22,953 nucleotides of DNA from assembly GCA_047975545.1 (NCBI GenBank), contig JBKEDS010000065.1, forward strand, positions 1 through 22,953. The letters run 5' to 3'. This stretch comes from Flavobacteriaceae bacterium. GTDB lineage: Bacteria > Bacteroidota > Bacteroidia > Flavobacteriales > Flavobacteriaceae. This document shows, piece by piece, positions 1-8,361 of this stretch; positions within the stretch are counted from its first letter, which is position 1; every line of letters starts with the position of its first letter. The translations under genes and the position numbers were made by a program. A model generated the notes under the pieces. The model made no database searches. It saw only the letters and a list, made by a program, of their open reading frames with translations, and was not told the DNA's origin.

Positions 1-69
1 AATAGCTATAAACAATTGGGAGGGAAGTGATAAAACGAAAGTATGAACATAAAACAAAGGTAGGTGCTA

Positions 70-137
70 AACCGAACGGTTAGGGTTTAAAACCCCCAAC
101 TGTTCATAGCCGAGTCCGTTGAACTAAAAATACAGTT
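70..137. promoter_or_regulatory. Cluster of dyad-symmetric sites just upstream of the blaI-like start: a perfect 13-nt palindrome GGGTTTAAAACCC (83-95), AACCG-aa-CGGTT (70-81), and nested AACTGT/ACAGTT (98-103/132-137) with GTTCA/TGAAC (102-106/120-124). Candidate BlaI-family operator(s) or autoregulated promoter.
   Basis: Palindromes read directly from the sequence, 7-74 nt upstream of the ATG at 144. BlaI/MecI/CopY-family repressors are known to bind dyad operators overlapping their own promoters. Confidence 0.3.
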
Positions 138-143
138 AAAAAA

Positions 144-506
144 ATGACGCCATTAACAAAAGCAGAAGAAGAAGTAATGAAAATACTTTGGCAACTTAAA
201 AAAGCCAATGTAAAAACCATAATCAAGCAATTTCCCGAGCCAAAACCGGCCTATAATACGGTATCGACCATTATCCGTATTTTAGAAAGCAAAGGCGTGG
301 TAGATTACGAAAAAGAAGGTAAAGGCCACGTGTACTACCCCCTGTTGCAACAGCACGAATACAGCAACCAATCGTTAAACAAATTGGTGGATAATTATTT
401 TCAGGGCTCGTTTAAAAGCATGGTATCGTTTTTTGTTAAAAAGAACGATATAAGCCTAAAGGAACTCGAATCGGTGTTAAACGATATTAAAAATCAAGAC
501 CAATGA
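144..506 (+). CDS. BlaI/MecI/CopY-family (penicillinase-repressor-type) winged-helix transcriptional repressor, 120 aa.
   Basis: The 120-aa product has the size and N-terminal winged-helix region typical of this family (…VMKILWQLKKANVKTII…VSTIIRILESKGVV…). Its stop overlaps the start of the downstream M56 gene as ATGA at 503-506, the canonical blaI-blaR1 arrangement. Confidence 0.85.
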   Translation: MTPLTKAEEEVMKILWQLKKANVKTIIKQFPEPKPAYNTVSTIIRILESKGVVDYEKEGKGHVYYPLLQQHEYSNQSLNKLVDNYFQGSFKSMVSFFVKKNDISLKELESVLNDIKNQDQ

Positions 507-2116
507 TACACTACATTGTACAAACCATAGCCTTTCAGCTTTTCTTTTTGCTCATTTTTGATGTGTTTCTAAAAAAAGAAACCTTTTTTAATTGGAACCG
601 GGCGTATTTGCTGCTTACGGCCATTTTGTCGTTAATCTTGCCGCTTATTCAAATTCAATATTTAACCGAAGTTGTCCCGCCAAATTACATTATAACACTG
701 CCCGAGGTAGTTATTGGCAACCCACAACAAATAGTGCAGGTTGCCGCAACGGAAAACCCCGCAATTGCAGCGCCAAGCAAAACCAATATTTTGGCACTTG
801 TATTTTATTTGGGCGTTGTGTTGGCAGCAATTTTGTTTGGCTACAAGCTAACCAACATTTTAAGGTTGGTGAAAAAAAACGGCGAAACCCAAACGGGGCC
901 ACTAAAAATAATAACACTCACCAAAAACAAAACCGCCTTTTCGTTTTTTGGTTACGTATTCTTGGGCGATCAACTGTCCGAAACCGAAAAAGAAAACATT
1001 TTAAGGCACGAAACCGTTCACGTTAACCAAAACCACACTTTCGATTTGCTGTTTTTCGAGCTATTGCGAATCCTGTTTTGGTTCAACCCCTTAATATATA
1101 TTTACCAAAACCGCATAAAACTGGTACACGAGTACATTGCCGATGCACAGGCCGTAAAGCACCAACCAAAATTGGCCTACTATCAAAATTTGTTGTCGCA
1201 GGTGTTCAGTACCAGCCAAATATCGTTCATCAATCCATTTTATAAACAATCATTAATCAAAAAACGAATCGTTATGTTACAAAAATCAAAATCAAAACAA
1301 ATCAAGTTGCTAAAGTACGCCCTGTTAATCCCCATGGTTTTGGCCATGTTGGCGTACACCTCCGGGCAGGGGCAAAACATTGATTTAAGCCAATACACCT
1401 TTTCGGTAGGTGTAACCGAAGGACTAACCGACAGGGTAAAGCAAAACATTGAAAAACATGACACCTTCCTAAAAGCAAATGCCGATAAATATGTTAGTTG
1501 GGTTGAAGTTGAATGGGGCAAACAAACCAATTTTTCCATTCATTCCATTAATGAAAAAATACCCGATGGATATAGGGAGTTAACAAGTAAAGCAGATAAT
1601 TATAAAAGTTATGTTACTTTTAAGGATACCGATGATTCAACCAACCAAAAAGCACTGTCGCAGCTTGCTGCTGTAAAAGGAAAACCCTTGTTTGTGACAA
1701 TAACCGCAAGTGAAACAACCCCGGCAAATATAGAAGTCCCATTTGCCGTAATAGAAGAAATTCCCGTTTTTCCCGGTTGCGATACTTTGCAAACCAGAGA
1801 CCAAAAGCGAGATTGTGTTTCCAAAACCATAAGCACATTTGTTGGCAAAAACTTTAACACCAAATTAGCCGATAGTTTAAACCTCAAAGGCATACAACGT
1901 ATTTCCATCATGTTTAAAATTGATACCTTGGGCAATGTAAGCGAGACCAGGGCCAGGGCACCGCACCCCGCTTTGGAAGCCGAAGCCAAGCGCGTGGTAA
2001 GCGCATTACCTAAAATGTTTCCCGGAAAACAACGGGGCAAAGCCGTAACCGTACCCTATGCGCTACCCATAGTATTTAAGGTAGCCGACGAAGATAGTGA
2101 AGGAGCAAAAGAGTAA
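503..2116 (+). CDS. BlaR1-like M56 family membrane metallopeptidase (signal transducer) fused to a C-terminal TonB_C-like domain, 537 aa.
   Basis: Four predicted TM helices. HExxH zinc motif (LRHETVHVNQNH) sits between TM3 and TM4 as in BlaR1/MecR1. The C-terminal ~110 aa (…IPVFPGCDTLQTRDQKRDC…KGIQRISIMFKIDTLGNV…GKAVTVPYALPIVFKV) match the TonB C-terminal fold. The start is translationally coupled to the upstream repressor. Confidence 0.85.
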   Translation: MIHYIVQTIAFQLFFLLIFDVFLKKETFFNWNRAYLLLTAILSLILPLIQIQYLTEVVPPNYIITLPEVVIGNPQQIVQVAATENPAIAAPSKTNILALVFYLGVVLAAILFGYKLTNILRLVKKNGETQTGPLKIITLTKNKTAFSFFGYVFLGDQLSETEKENILRHETVHVNQNHTFDLLFFELLRILFWFNPLIYIYQNRIKLVHEYIADAQAVKHQPKLAYYQNLLSQVFSTSQISFINPFYKQSLIKKRIVMLQKSKSKQIKLLKYALLIPMVLAMLAYTSGQGQNIDLSQYTFSVGVTEGLTDRVKQNIEKHDTFLKANADKYVSWVEVEWGKQTNFSIHSINEKIPDGYRELTSKADNYKSYVTFKDTDDSTNQKALSQLAAVKGKPLFVTITASETTPANIEVPFAVIEEIPVFPGCDTLQTRDQKRDCVSKTISTFVGKNFNTKLADSLNLKGIQRISIMFKIDTLGNVSETRARAPHPALEAEAKRVVSALPKMFPGKQRGKAVTVPYALPIVFKVADEDSEGAKE

Positions 2117-2140
2117 GCATATTATTTTCCCCGAAACAAA

Positions 2141-2168
2141 AACCGAAGATAAACGCTTCGGTTTTTTT
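2141..2168 (+). terminator. Rho-independent terminator after the M56 gene.
   Basis: Stem AACCGAAG (2141-2148) / CTTCGGTT (2156-2163) with a 7-nt loop, followed by a T7 run. Confidence 0.7.
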
Positions 2169-2170
2169 CG

Positions 2171-2186
2171 TTTTAACCCCTTAAAA
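2171..2186. promoter_or_regulatory. Perfect palindrome TTTTAA-CCCC-TTAAAA directly after the terminator and ~40 nt upstream of the TonB_C lipoprotein gene. Possible second operator related to the GGGTTTAAAACCC site upstream of blaI.
   Basis: Seen in the sequence. It shares a TTTAAAA / CCC flavour with the palindrome at 83-95. AT-rich palindromes can arise by chance in AT-rich DNA, so this is weak. Confidence 0.2.
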
Positions 2187-2224
2187 ACCAAAAAAATCGT
2201 ACTTTTCGGGTTTGTAATTAACTA

Positions 2225-2701
2225 ATGAGGGTACTTTACGTTTTTATATTGGTTGTAACGCTCCAATCCTGCGAGTATTTTAAGGTGAAAAAAACATCGC
2301 CCGAAGCCATTTTAAACGAAGAGCTAAAAACCTTTAACTGGAATGAGGTGGACGAGTACCCGTCGTTTTCCGTTTGCGATTCCTTAACCAACAGTACAGA
2401 CAAACAAGCCTGTTTTTCGCAAACCCTTACCCGCTATATTTTACAGCATCTCGAAACCAAGAACATAACAGTAAACCATAACATTGCCGATACCATTACC
2501 TTGCAGTTTGAAGTGTCCGAAACAGGGCAATTAACGTTAATCGATACAAAAACAGACAGCTTAACCATAGCCGAAATCCCCGAAATAAACCAACTGCTGC
2601 ACAATAGTTTAGATTCGCTCCCAAAAATTTTTCCTGCCATAAAACGGGGACAGCAGGTTAAAACACGGTTTACATTGCCAATAATTATACAGGCACGATA
2701 A
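2225..2701 (+). CDS. Small TonB C-terminal-domain protein, likely a lipoprotein, 158 aa. Paralogous to the sensor domain of the upstream M56 protein.
   Basis: N-terminus MRVLYVFILVVTLQSC fits a signal peptide plus lipobox-like Cys. The TonB_C-like domain carries the same C-x11-C pair as the M56 protein (SVCDSLTNSTDKQAC versus PGCDTLQTRDQKRDC) and the same C-terminal motif (…KRGQQVKTRFTLPIII versus …KQRGKAVTVPYALPIVF). Confidence 0.7.
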   Translation: MRVLYVFILVVTLQSCEYFKVKKTSPEAILNEELKTFNWNEVDEYPSFSVCDSLTNSTDKQACFSQTLTRYILQHLETKNITVNHNIADTITLQFEVSETGQLTLIDTKTDSLTIAEIPEINQLLHNSLDSLPKIFPAIKRGQQVKTRFTLPIIIQAR

Positions 2702-2804
2702 AAAATAAAACTTGATAAACGAAGTTATTTAAGACTGCCCCGACAACATACCCATAGAATATTAATCGCTTCAGGTTAAAAACAATCTTTATAAAATTTC
2801 GAAT

Positions 2805-4472
2805 TTATTCCCCATTTTTCGGCTTGTCCGCTTCGTTTTTGTTTGTTTTGTTAGGCATGGGAATACTCTTTTTTTCTTTTAAAGGCTCATTATTATTGGG
2901 TGTTTCAACGTCCTTGCCTTTTAAATATTCGGGCAATTCCATACCGGCCATGTTAAACATTTCCTGTAACGGTGGCACCGATTTGTACAAACCCGAAAGG
3001 AAATTGGCGGTTGATGTTTTGCCATCTTTATTGGTGCCGTTATCCCAAACGGTAACCTTATCGATTTTAATATTTTTAATGGCTTCGGACTGTAATTTAA
3101 CCAGTTCGGGCAACTTATCGGCAATTAATAGCAGTACGGCATCTTTGGAGTTGTTTCCTGCCGCCTTAACAATTTCGTCCAAACCTGCGGCTTGCTTGGT
3201 TAAAACTTCGTAAAGCCCTTGTGCTTCGGCTTGCGCTTTAAACAAAATAGCATCGGCTTCACCTTTGGCTTTTCTTCTAATTTTTTCGGCTTCGGCCTCG
3301 GCATCGATTTCAACTTTGTTTTTATCGATTTCGGCGGGTACTACAATATTGGCGTATTGTGTGGCCTTATCTCTTGAGGCACGGGCATCTTCGGCGTTTC
3401 TTTCGGCGCCGTAGGCTTCTTCCAAGGCTTTGGCCGCTTGTACTTTTTCCGAGGCTATGGCCCGTTTTTCGGCTTCGGCTTGTGCTTCACGGCGCAGAGC
3501 ATCGGACTCGGCAATGGAAATCAAGGCCGTATTTTCGCCCTCAATGGCCTTGGCGTTGGCTTCCGAGGTTTTTATACGTTCTTCACGCAGGGCTTCGGCC
3601 TCGCCAATTTTGGCTTTTGCAATGGCGTCGGCCGTTTTAACGCGTTCGTTTTGGTTGGCATTGGCCTCCCCTATTTTTGCTTCGGCAACAGCAGCGGCTA
3701 CTTGTATACGTTCGTTTTGCTCGGCTTGAGCCTCGCCAATTTTGGCCTTGGCCTGTAGTTCGGATACTTTTATGCGCTCGTCCTGTACGGCATCGGCCTC
3801 GCCAATAGAGCCATCCCTATTTTTTTCGGCCACCGATTTACGGGCGGCATTTATGGCATGGGCAGCGGCTTCTTTACCAAGGGCCTCGATATAACCCGAT
3901 TCGTCTACAATATCGGTTATGTTTACGTTGATTAGCTTTAAACCAACCTTTTTTAGCTCCGATTCCACACTTTGCGAAATATTGGACAGGAATTTGTCCC
4001 TATCGGAATTGATTTCTTCAATATCCATAGAAGCCACGACCAAACGCAGTTGGCCGAAAATAATTTCCTTGGCCAGTTCCTGAATATCCTGTAAACCAAG
4101 CCCCAACAAACGCTCGGCGGCATTTTGCATAACACCAGGCTCGGTAGATACCCCAATGGTAAAACGCGATGGTACGTTAACCCGTATGTTTTGTTTACTA
4201 AGGGCATTAACCAAGTTAACTTCAATGGAAATGGGGGTAAGGTCCAAAAACTCATAATCCTGGATAACCGGAAAAATAAAAGCAGCACCACCATGGATAC
4301 ACTTGGCCGATTGCCCGCCACCAACCTTGCCATAAACCACCAAAATACGGTCGGAAGGACAGCGTTTATAGCGCCTAACAAGAATAATTAAAAACAGGAA
4401 AATAAATAAAACACCAAAGATTACCGCAAAGGGCAATCCGAAATTAAAGGCTTCTTGCTGAAGAAATAGCAT
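2805..4472 (-). CDS. Flotillin-like SPFH/band-7 family protein (FloT/YqiK-like), 555 aa.
   Basis: N-terminal TM helix, an SPFH domain (…RILVVYGKVGGG…IEVNLVNALSKQNIRVNV…), and a long coiled-coil with flotillin-type repeats (AKIGEAQAEQNERI… repeated). The NfeD partner gene lies 4 bp upstream. Confidence 0.9.
   Translation of the reverse strand: MLFLQQEAFNFGLPFAVIFGVLFIFLFLIILVRRYKRCPSDRILVVYGKVGGGQSAKCIHGGAAFIFPVIQDYEFLDLTPISIEVNLVNALSKQNIRVNVPSRFTIGVSTEPGVMQNAAERLLGLGLQDIQELAKEIIFGQLRLVVASMDIEEINSDRDKFLSNISQSVESELKKVGLKLINVNITDIVDESGYIEALGKEAAAHAINAARKSVAEKNRDGSIGEADAVQDERIKVSELQAKAKIGEAQAEQNERIQVAAAVAEAKIGEANANQNERVKTADAIAKAKIGEAEALREERIKTSEANAKAIEGENTALISIAESDALRREAQAEAEKRAIASEKVQAAKALEEAYGAERNAEDARASRDKATQYANIVVPAEIDKNKVEIDAEAEAEKIRRKAKGEADAILFKAQAEAQGLYEVLTKQAAGLDEIVKAAGNNSKDAVLLLIADKLPELVKLQSEAIKNIKIDKVTVWDNGTNKDGKTSTANFLSGLYKSVPPLQEMFNMAGMELPEYLKGKDVETPNNNEPLKEKKSIPMPNKTNKNEADKPKNGE
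3470..3830. repeat. About 5 imperfect tandem copies of a 66-bp unit (GCCTCGCCAATTTTGGC… recurs at ~3599, 3664, 3730, 3796) inside the flotillin gene, encoding the 22-aa A/E-rich coiled-coil repeats.
   Basis: The periodicity is read directly from the sequence. It also explains the low-complexity Gly/Arg-rich antisense ORFs at 3359-3758. Confidence 0.6.
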
Positions 4473-4476
4473 AGGG

Positions 4477-5058
4477 TTATGGGTTTAAGGATTCTACAAT
4501 TAAAATACCGTTATCGGTTACGTTTTTCACTTTAATAACCGTTCCGGAGGCTAAATCGGTTGGGGCATCGGTTAGGGCTTCCAGTTCGCGCAAAGCGCCC
4601 TGAATCCTAACGTGTACCTTACCTATTTTTGTTCGGTTTTTGCCAATGGTTAGGTATACCTCGCCTATTTTGTCTACGGCATTTTTGTATTTTAGGGTGC
4701 CGCTGTCGTTTAATTTTTTCATTTGGAAAAACATAAATGCCATAATACCCATCATGATTAAACCGAAAACTACCGATATAATAATGGTAAGCGGCTTGGA
4801 CAGCCCGGCATCGATACAGGCAATACCGCTCCAGCCAAAAATGGTAAAAAAGCCGATTAGGTTTTTAAGGGTTATAAATTGAAACCCGATACCCGTGTCG
4901 GCATCTACTTCGGCATCTACGTCCATATCGCCCAAACCGTCGCTATCGCCGCCAATAAACGAAAGGATTATGGTTACAATAAAAATTAACGAACTTATAA
5001 GGGCAATGCTCCAATATATTTTTGGAAAGAAGACCAGGTTGGAAAACCATTCTGTCAT
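4477..5058 (-). CDS. NfeD-like membrane protein (YuaF/YqiJ-type flotillin partner), 193 aa.
   Basis: N-terminal TM helices, an acidic D/G-rich linker, and a C-terminal OB-fold-like beta region (…IGEVYLTIGKNRTKIGKVHVRIQGALRELEALTDAPTDLASGTVIKV…). It sits immediately upstream of and co-oriented with the flotillin gene (4-bp gap), the conserved nfeD-floT pair. Confidence 0.8.
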   Translation of the reverse strand: MTEWFSNLVFFPKIYWSIALISSLIFIVTIILSFIGGDSDGLGDMDVDAEVDADTGIGFQFITLKNLIGFFTIFGWSGIACIDAGLSKPLTIIISVVFGLIMMGIMAFMFFQMKKLNDSGTLKYKNAVDKIGEVYLTIGKNRTKIGKVHVRIQGALRELEALTDAPTDLASGTVIKVKNVTDNGILIVESLNP

Positions 5059-5220
5059 TAGGTTGTAGTTTTTAAAAAAAGCAATTAAATATAAGACGAT
5101 AATTATTGTTTTCCAATTTATTTTGAAAGGAAATTCGGCGTAAGTAAAATTTTGAATTTTCTAAAGATGATTTGTTTAATTTTAAGAATTTGATTAACAG
5201 TATTTAAGATGCCGTTCAAA

Positions 5221-6267
5221 TTATTTTTCAGGCCTGGACCATCTTGGCTTTTCGCCAAGTGCTACAAATTTGGAATTTTCAGCATCAACGCTTTCAGGTT
5301 GTGGGGCTTTGGCAAACGCCTTTTGGGGTTGCAGCCCCAATGTTTTAAATAGTTGCATATCGGCATTAATATCGGGGTTGGGCGTAGTTAATAATTTATC
5401 GCCTGCAAATATGGAGTTAGCTCCGGCAAAAAAACACAGAGCCTGTCCTTCTTGGCTCATGTTGGTTCGGCCCGCCGATAGGCGCACTTGGGTTTTGGGC
5501 ATTACAATTCTTGTGGTGGCCACCATACGCACCATATCCCAAATTTCTACTGGTTTTTGTGTTTCCAACGGCGTACCTTCAACGGCAACCAGAGCATTAA
5601 TGGGTACCGATTCCGGCTGGGGGTCTAAGGTCGATAATGCCACCAACATTTCTGCCCTGTCCCCAATGCTTTCGCCCATGCCGATAATACCACCGCTGCA
5701 AACGGTTATATTGGTTTTTCGTACGTTTTCAATAGTTTGCAAGCGGTCGTTGTAACCGCGCGTGGAAATTACTTTTTTATAATACGCCTCGGAAGTATCA
5801 AGATTGTGGTTATAAGCGTATAATCCCGCTTCGGACAGGCGCTTGGCTTGGTTTTCGGTAATCATGCCCAAAGTACAGCACACTTCCATATCCAGCCTAT
5901 TAATGGTGCGTACCATTTCCAAAACCTGGTCGAATTCGGTACCATCTTTTACGTTTCGCCATGCCGCCCCCATACAAACTCTTGATGAACCGTTGCTTTT
6001 TGCACGTAAAGCCTGTGCTTTTACTTGGCTTACCGACATCAAGTTGTTTTTTTCTATACCGGTATGGTAACGCGCCGCTTGCGGGCAATAACAACAATCT
6101 TCAGGGCAACCTCCTGTTTTTATCGAAAGCAAGGTAGAAACCTGTACCGTGTTGGGATTGTGGTACTTTCTATGGATAGAAGCCGCTTGGTACAACAAAT
6201 CCATTAAGGGCTGGTTGTGTATGGCTATAATATCCTCTTTTGTCCAATTATGGCGTATGGTATCCAT
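5221..6267 (-). CDS. bioB: Biotin synthase BioB (radical SAM).
   Basis: CxxxCxxC radical-SAM motif in the BioB-specific context GGCPEDCCYCPQ, plus conserved BioB blocks (…YNHNLDTSEAYY…, …CSGGIIGMGES…). The tracked ORF begins at a TTG at 6312. I prefer the in-frame ATG at 6267 (MDTIRHNW…), which gives a 348-aa protein. The start is uncertain between the two. Confidence 0.85.
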   Translation of the reverse strand: MDTIRHNWTKEDIIAIHNQPLMDLLYQAASIHRKYHNPNTVQVSTLLSIKTGGCPEDCCYCPQAARYHTGIEKNNLMSVSQVKAQALRAKSNGSSRVCMGAAWRNVKDGTEFDQVLEMVRTINRLDMEVCCTLGMITENQAKRLSEAGLYAYNHNLDTSEAYYKKVISTRGYNDRLQTIENVRKTNITVCSGGIIGMGESIGDRAEMLVALSTLDPQPESVPINALVAVEGTPLETQKPVEIWDMVRMVATTRIVMPKTQVRLSAGRTNMSQEGQALCFFAGANSIFAGDKLLTTPNPDINADMQLFKTLGLQPQKAFAKAPQPESVDAENSKFVALGEKPRWSRPEK

Positions 6268-6320
6268 GGGAAATAGAATTTTATTGGAATATGGAAAAAC
6301 CCGAATAAACAAAAAGAGAT

Positions 6321-6440
6321 TGTCCGAAAAGTGTCATTCTGAGCAAAAGCGAAGAATCTCATAAAAACAAATCTTTGATTTTTAGTGGTTTTGAGATTTT
6401 TCACTTCGTTCAAAATGACAAAGCAAACACTTTTCGGACA
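6321..6440. repeat. Element bounded by a perfect 14-bp inverted repeat, TGTCCGAAAAGTGT (6321-6334) / ACACTTTTCGGACA (6427-6440), with weaker additional complementarity inside. It contains the motif GTCATTCTGAGCAAAAGCGAAGAATCTC. Candidate REP/MITE-like element and/or TBDR terminator.
   Basis: Inverted repeat read directly. It lies between the TBDR stop (6457) and the bioB start. The internal motif resembles a short repeat I recall as widespread in Bacteroidota (GTCATTCTGAGCG…GAAGAATC, giving HSE…S-type peptides). A weaker relative is at ~14909-14960. Confidence 0.45.
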
Positions 6441-6456
6441 GCCTCTTGCTATAATC

Positions 6457-8289
6457 TTATTTAAACCTATATTCCAGCCCGAACATAACATTGCCTTTGG
6501 GCATGGGCAGGCGGCTGGTTTCCCAGTATTCGGTGTTAAAAATATTATTGGCGTAAAAACTAAAGGTGGCGTTTTTATAGGTGTACGATACATTGCAATC
6601 GTAAATATTATAGCTTGCCCCTTCGGTACGTTCGGTATAGCGGTACGCCACGGTTGTACTAAAGTTTTTAAACCAGTTCATGGTATAATGGGCTACAAAT
6701 TGGTGCTTTAGGGAGTTAATGGAATAGCGCGACTCGGCAACATCGGCTTTTTTAACGTTGTCCTCAATAAATGTATAGCCTATATGTAATTTATGCGGCA
6801 GGGTATTTACCGAAAACCGATAATCCACCTGCGTTTCCACCCCTTTTGTATTAACATCTTGAATATTTCTTGGCGTAAATACCTCATCGGTTTCGTTAAT
6901 GCGCACATAATCGATTAAATCGTTAGAGTCGCGGTTAAACCCGGCAAGGCTTAGGTTTATATTGGGGAAGTTTAATTTGAAGCCTACTTCTTCCGAAAGG
7001 GCATCTTCCGGTTGAAGATTTTCGTTGCCCACCGCTTGCGGGCCTATATAGTACAAATCGGTGTAAGTGGGTACTCGGTACGTATAGCCTATGTTTCCGT
7101 AAGCCCTGATATTTTCTGAAATTTTATAACCCAAATCCATTCCGGGGAAAATTTTATTGTCAAAGTCGGAAAAATACGAAGCGGCAATCCCGGGCGTAAT
7201 ATCCAATTTATTGTTGAAAACTTGAAAGCGATGTTCTAAAAACAGCGTAGCTATTTCACGTTGGTTATCGCCTAAATTATTGCTGCTTATGTAATATTTG
7301 GATAGTTCCAAACCAAACCCGGTAATGCCTATTTTCGATTGGTACGACCCGTTTAATTCGGCTGCAATTTTATTGGTTATGTGCAGGTTGCGATAAATGG
7401 AGGGGTTGTTCCGTATATAAATATATTCGTCTTGGTTGCGGCGCCAGTACAATTTTGGTTTCCAAGCAAACTTTCCTTTTTTAATTTCGGTTGAAAGCCC
7501 GACTAAACTGGCCTGTGTTGCCTCGTATTGCTGTGTTGCCGAAGGAATGCCGTAAAAGCCGTTAGCCCCAAATTTTCGTTCGTTATAGCTGGTAAGCAGT
7601 GTTATGGGCTGTTTTTCTTTGTTAAATTGGCTTTTTACAAAAACGGTGGTATTATCGAAATCGGAATTTTCACGATAGCCCCCCGAAAAATGCTTGCCAA
7701 CTTGAATAATATGGCTACTGTTGTCCTGATTAATGGTACCTACCACTTCGCCCGAAAACTGGTGGAACGAACCCGCTTGCGCCTTTGCCAAAAGCGAATT
7801 TTCAACCACATCTTTGGTTACAATATTAACGGCCCCGGTAAAGGCATTTTGACCAAAAATACGGGCAGCAGGGCCTTTTATTACTTCAATGCGCTTAATA
7901 ACATCTATGGGAAGTGCCATGTTTAAAGTGTGGTGTCCGGTTTGGGGGTCGTCTACCTTTATGCCATCTATTAACAACAGGGTTTGGTCGAAACTTCCGC
8001 CGCGGATATACAAATCGGCCTGCATGCCGCTAACGCCCTGGCGCCTAACATCGATGCCGGCAATTTGCTGCAGGGCATCGGTTACGTTGGTAACGCCCAG
8101 GTTTTTAAGATCTTGGGCGGTTACTATTTTAATAGTTCTGGAGTTTTCCCTAAATGGCAAATCAATGCGCGACGATGTAATAACAACTTCGCCAAGTTGC
8201 GTGGTGTCTTGGGGCTTGGTTTGTAAATCTTGGGAGGTAGCAAAAATGGGCAAAAAAAGGATAAGGGCAAAAAGGTGTATCGTTTTCAT
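6457..8289 (-). CDS. TonB-dependent outer-membrane receptor (plug plus 22-strand barrel), 610 aa.
   Basis: Signal peptide MKTIHLFALILFLPIFATSQ. TonB-box/plug region (GEVVITSSR…IKGPAARIFGQNAFTGAVNIVTK). Barrel with a C-terminal …FGLEYRFK. The substrate cannot be called from sequence; the size is similar to BtuB/CirA. Confidence 0.9.
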   Translation of the reverse strand: MKTIHLFALILFLPIFATSQDLQTKPQDTTQLGEVVITSSRIDLPFRENSRTIKIVTAQDLKNLGVTNVTDALQQIAGIDVRRQGVSGMQADLYIRGGSFDQTLLLIDGIKVDDPQTGHHTLNMALPIDVIKRIEVIKGPAARIFGQNAFTGAVNIVTKDVVENSLLAKAQAGSFHQFSGEVVGTINQDNSSHIIQVGKHFSGGYRENSDFDNTTVFVKSQFNKEKQPITLLTSYNERKFGANGFYGIPSATQQYEATQASLVGLSTEIKKGKFAWKPKLYWRRNQDEYIYIRNNPSIYRNLHITNKIAAELNGSYQSKIGITGFGLELSKYYISSNNLGDNQREIATLFLEHRFQVFNNKLDITPGIAASYFSDFDNKIFPGMDLGYKISENIRAYGNIGYTYRVPTYTDLYYIGPQAVGNENLQPEDALSEEVGFKLNFPNINLSLAGFNRDSNDLIDYVRINETDEVFTPRNIQDVNTKGVETQVDYRFSVNTLPHKLHIGYTFIEDNVKKADVAESRYSINSLKHQFVAHYTMNWFKNFSTTVAYRYTERTEGASYNIYDCNVSYTYKNATFSFYANNIFNTEYWETSRLPMPKGNVMFGLEYRFK

Positions 8290-8361
8290 CTATTTAACTT
8301 TTTGTAACAATTTATTTTTTAGTGATTTATTATATCGGTTGGTGTTGAGCATTGTTTGCCA

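Noticed and set aside
592-2040. Several 60-144-aa ORFs in other frames or on the other strand within the M56 gene (592-1026 +, 711-917 -, 1240-1539 -, 1609-2040 -).
   Set aside because: They are fully embedded in the BlaR1-like CDS, which has TM topology, HExxH and TonB_C all in one frame. These are typical shadow ORFs.
3359-3758. Three overlapping + strand ORFs (93, 99 and 106 aa) with Gly/Arg/Ala-rich low-complexity products.
   Set aside because: They lie entirely antisense to the flotillin coiled-coil region and are a by-product of the 66-bp A/E-codon tandem repeats. There is no independent start context or conservation logic.
6268-6312. N-terminal extensions from TTG starts for bioB (6312), hemW (18330) and the orphan gene (15163) as given in the ORF track.
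   Set aside because: In-frame ATG codons lie shortly downstream (6267, 18309, 15172) and give N-termini more typical for these families. The longer forms are retained only as alternatives.
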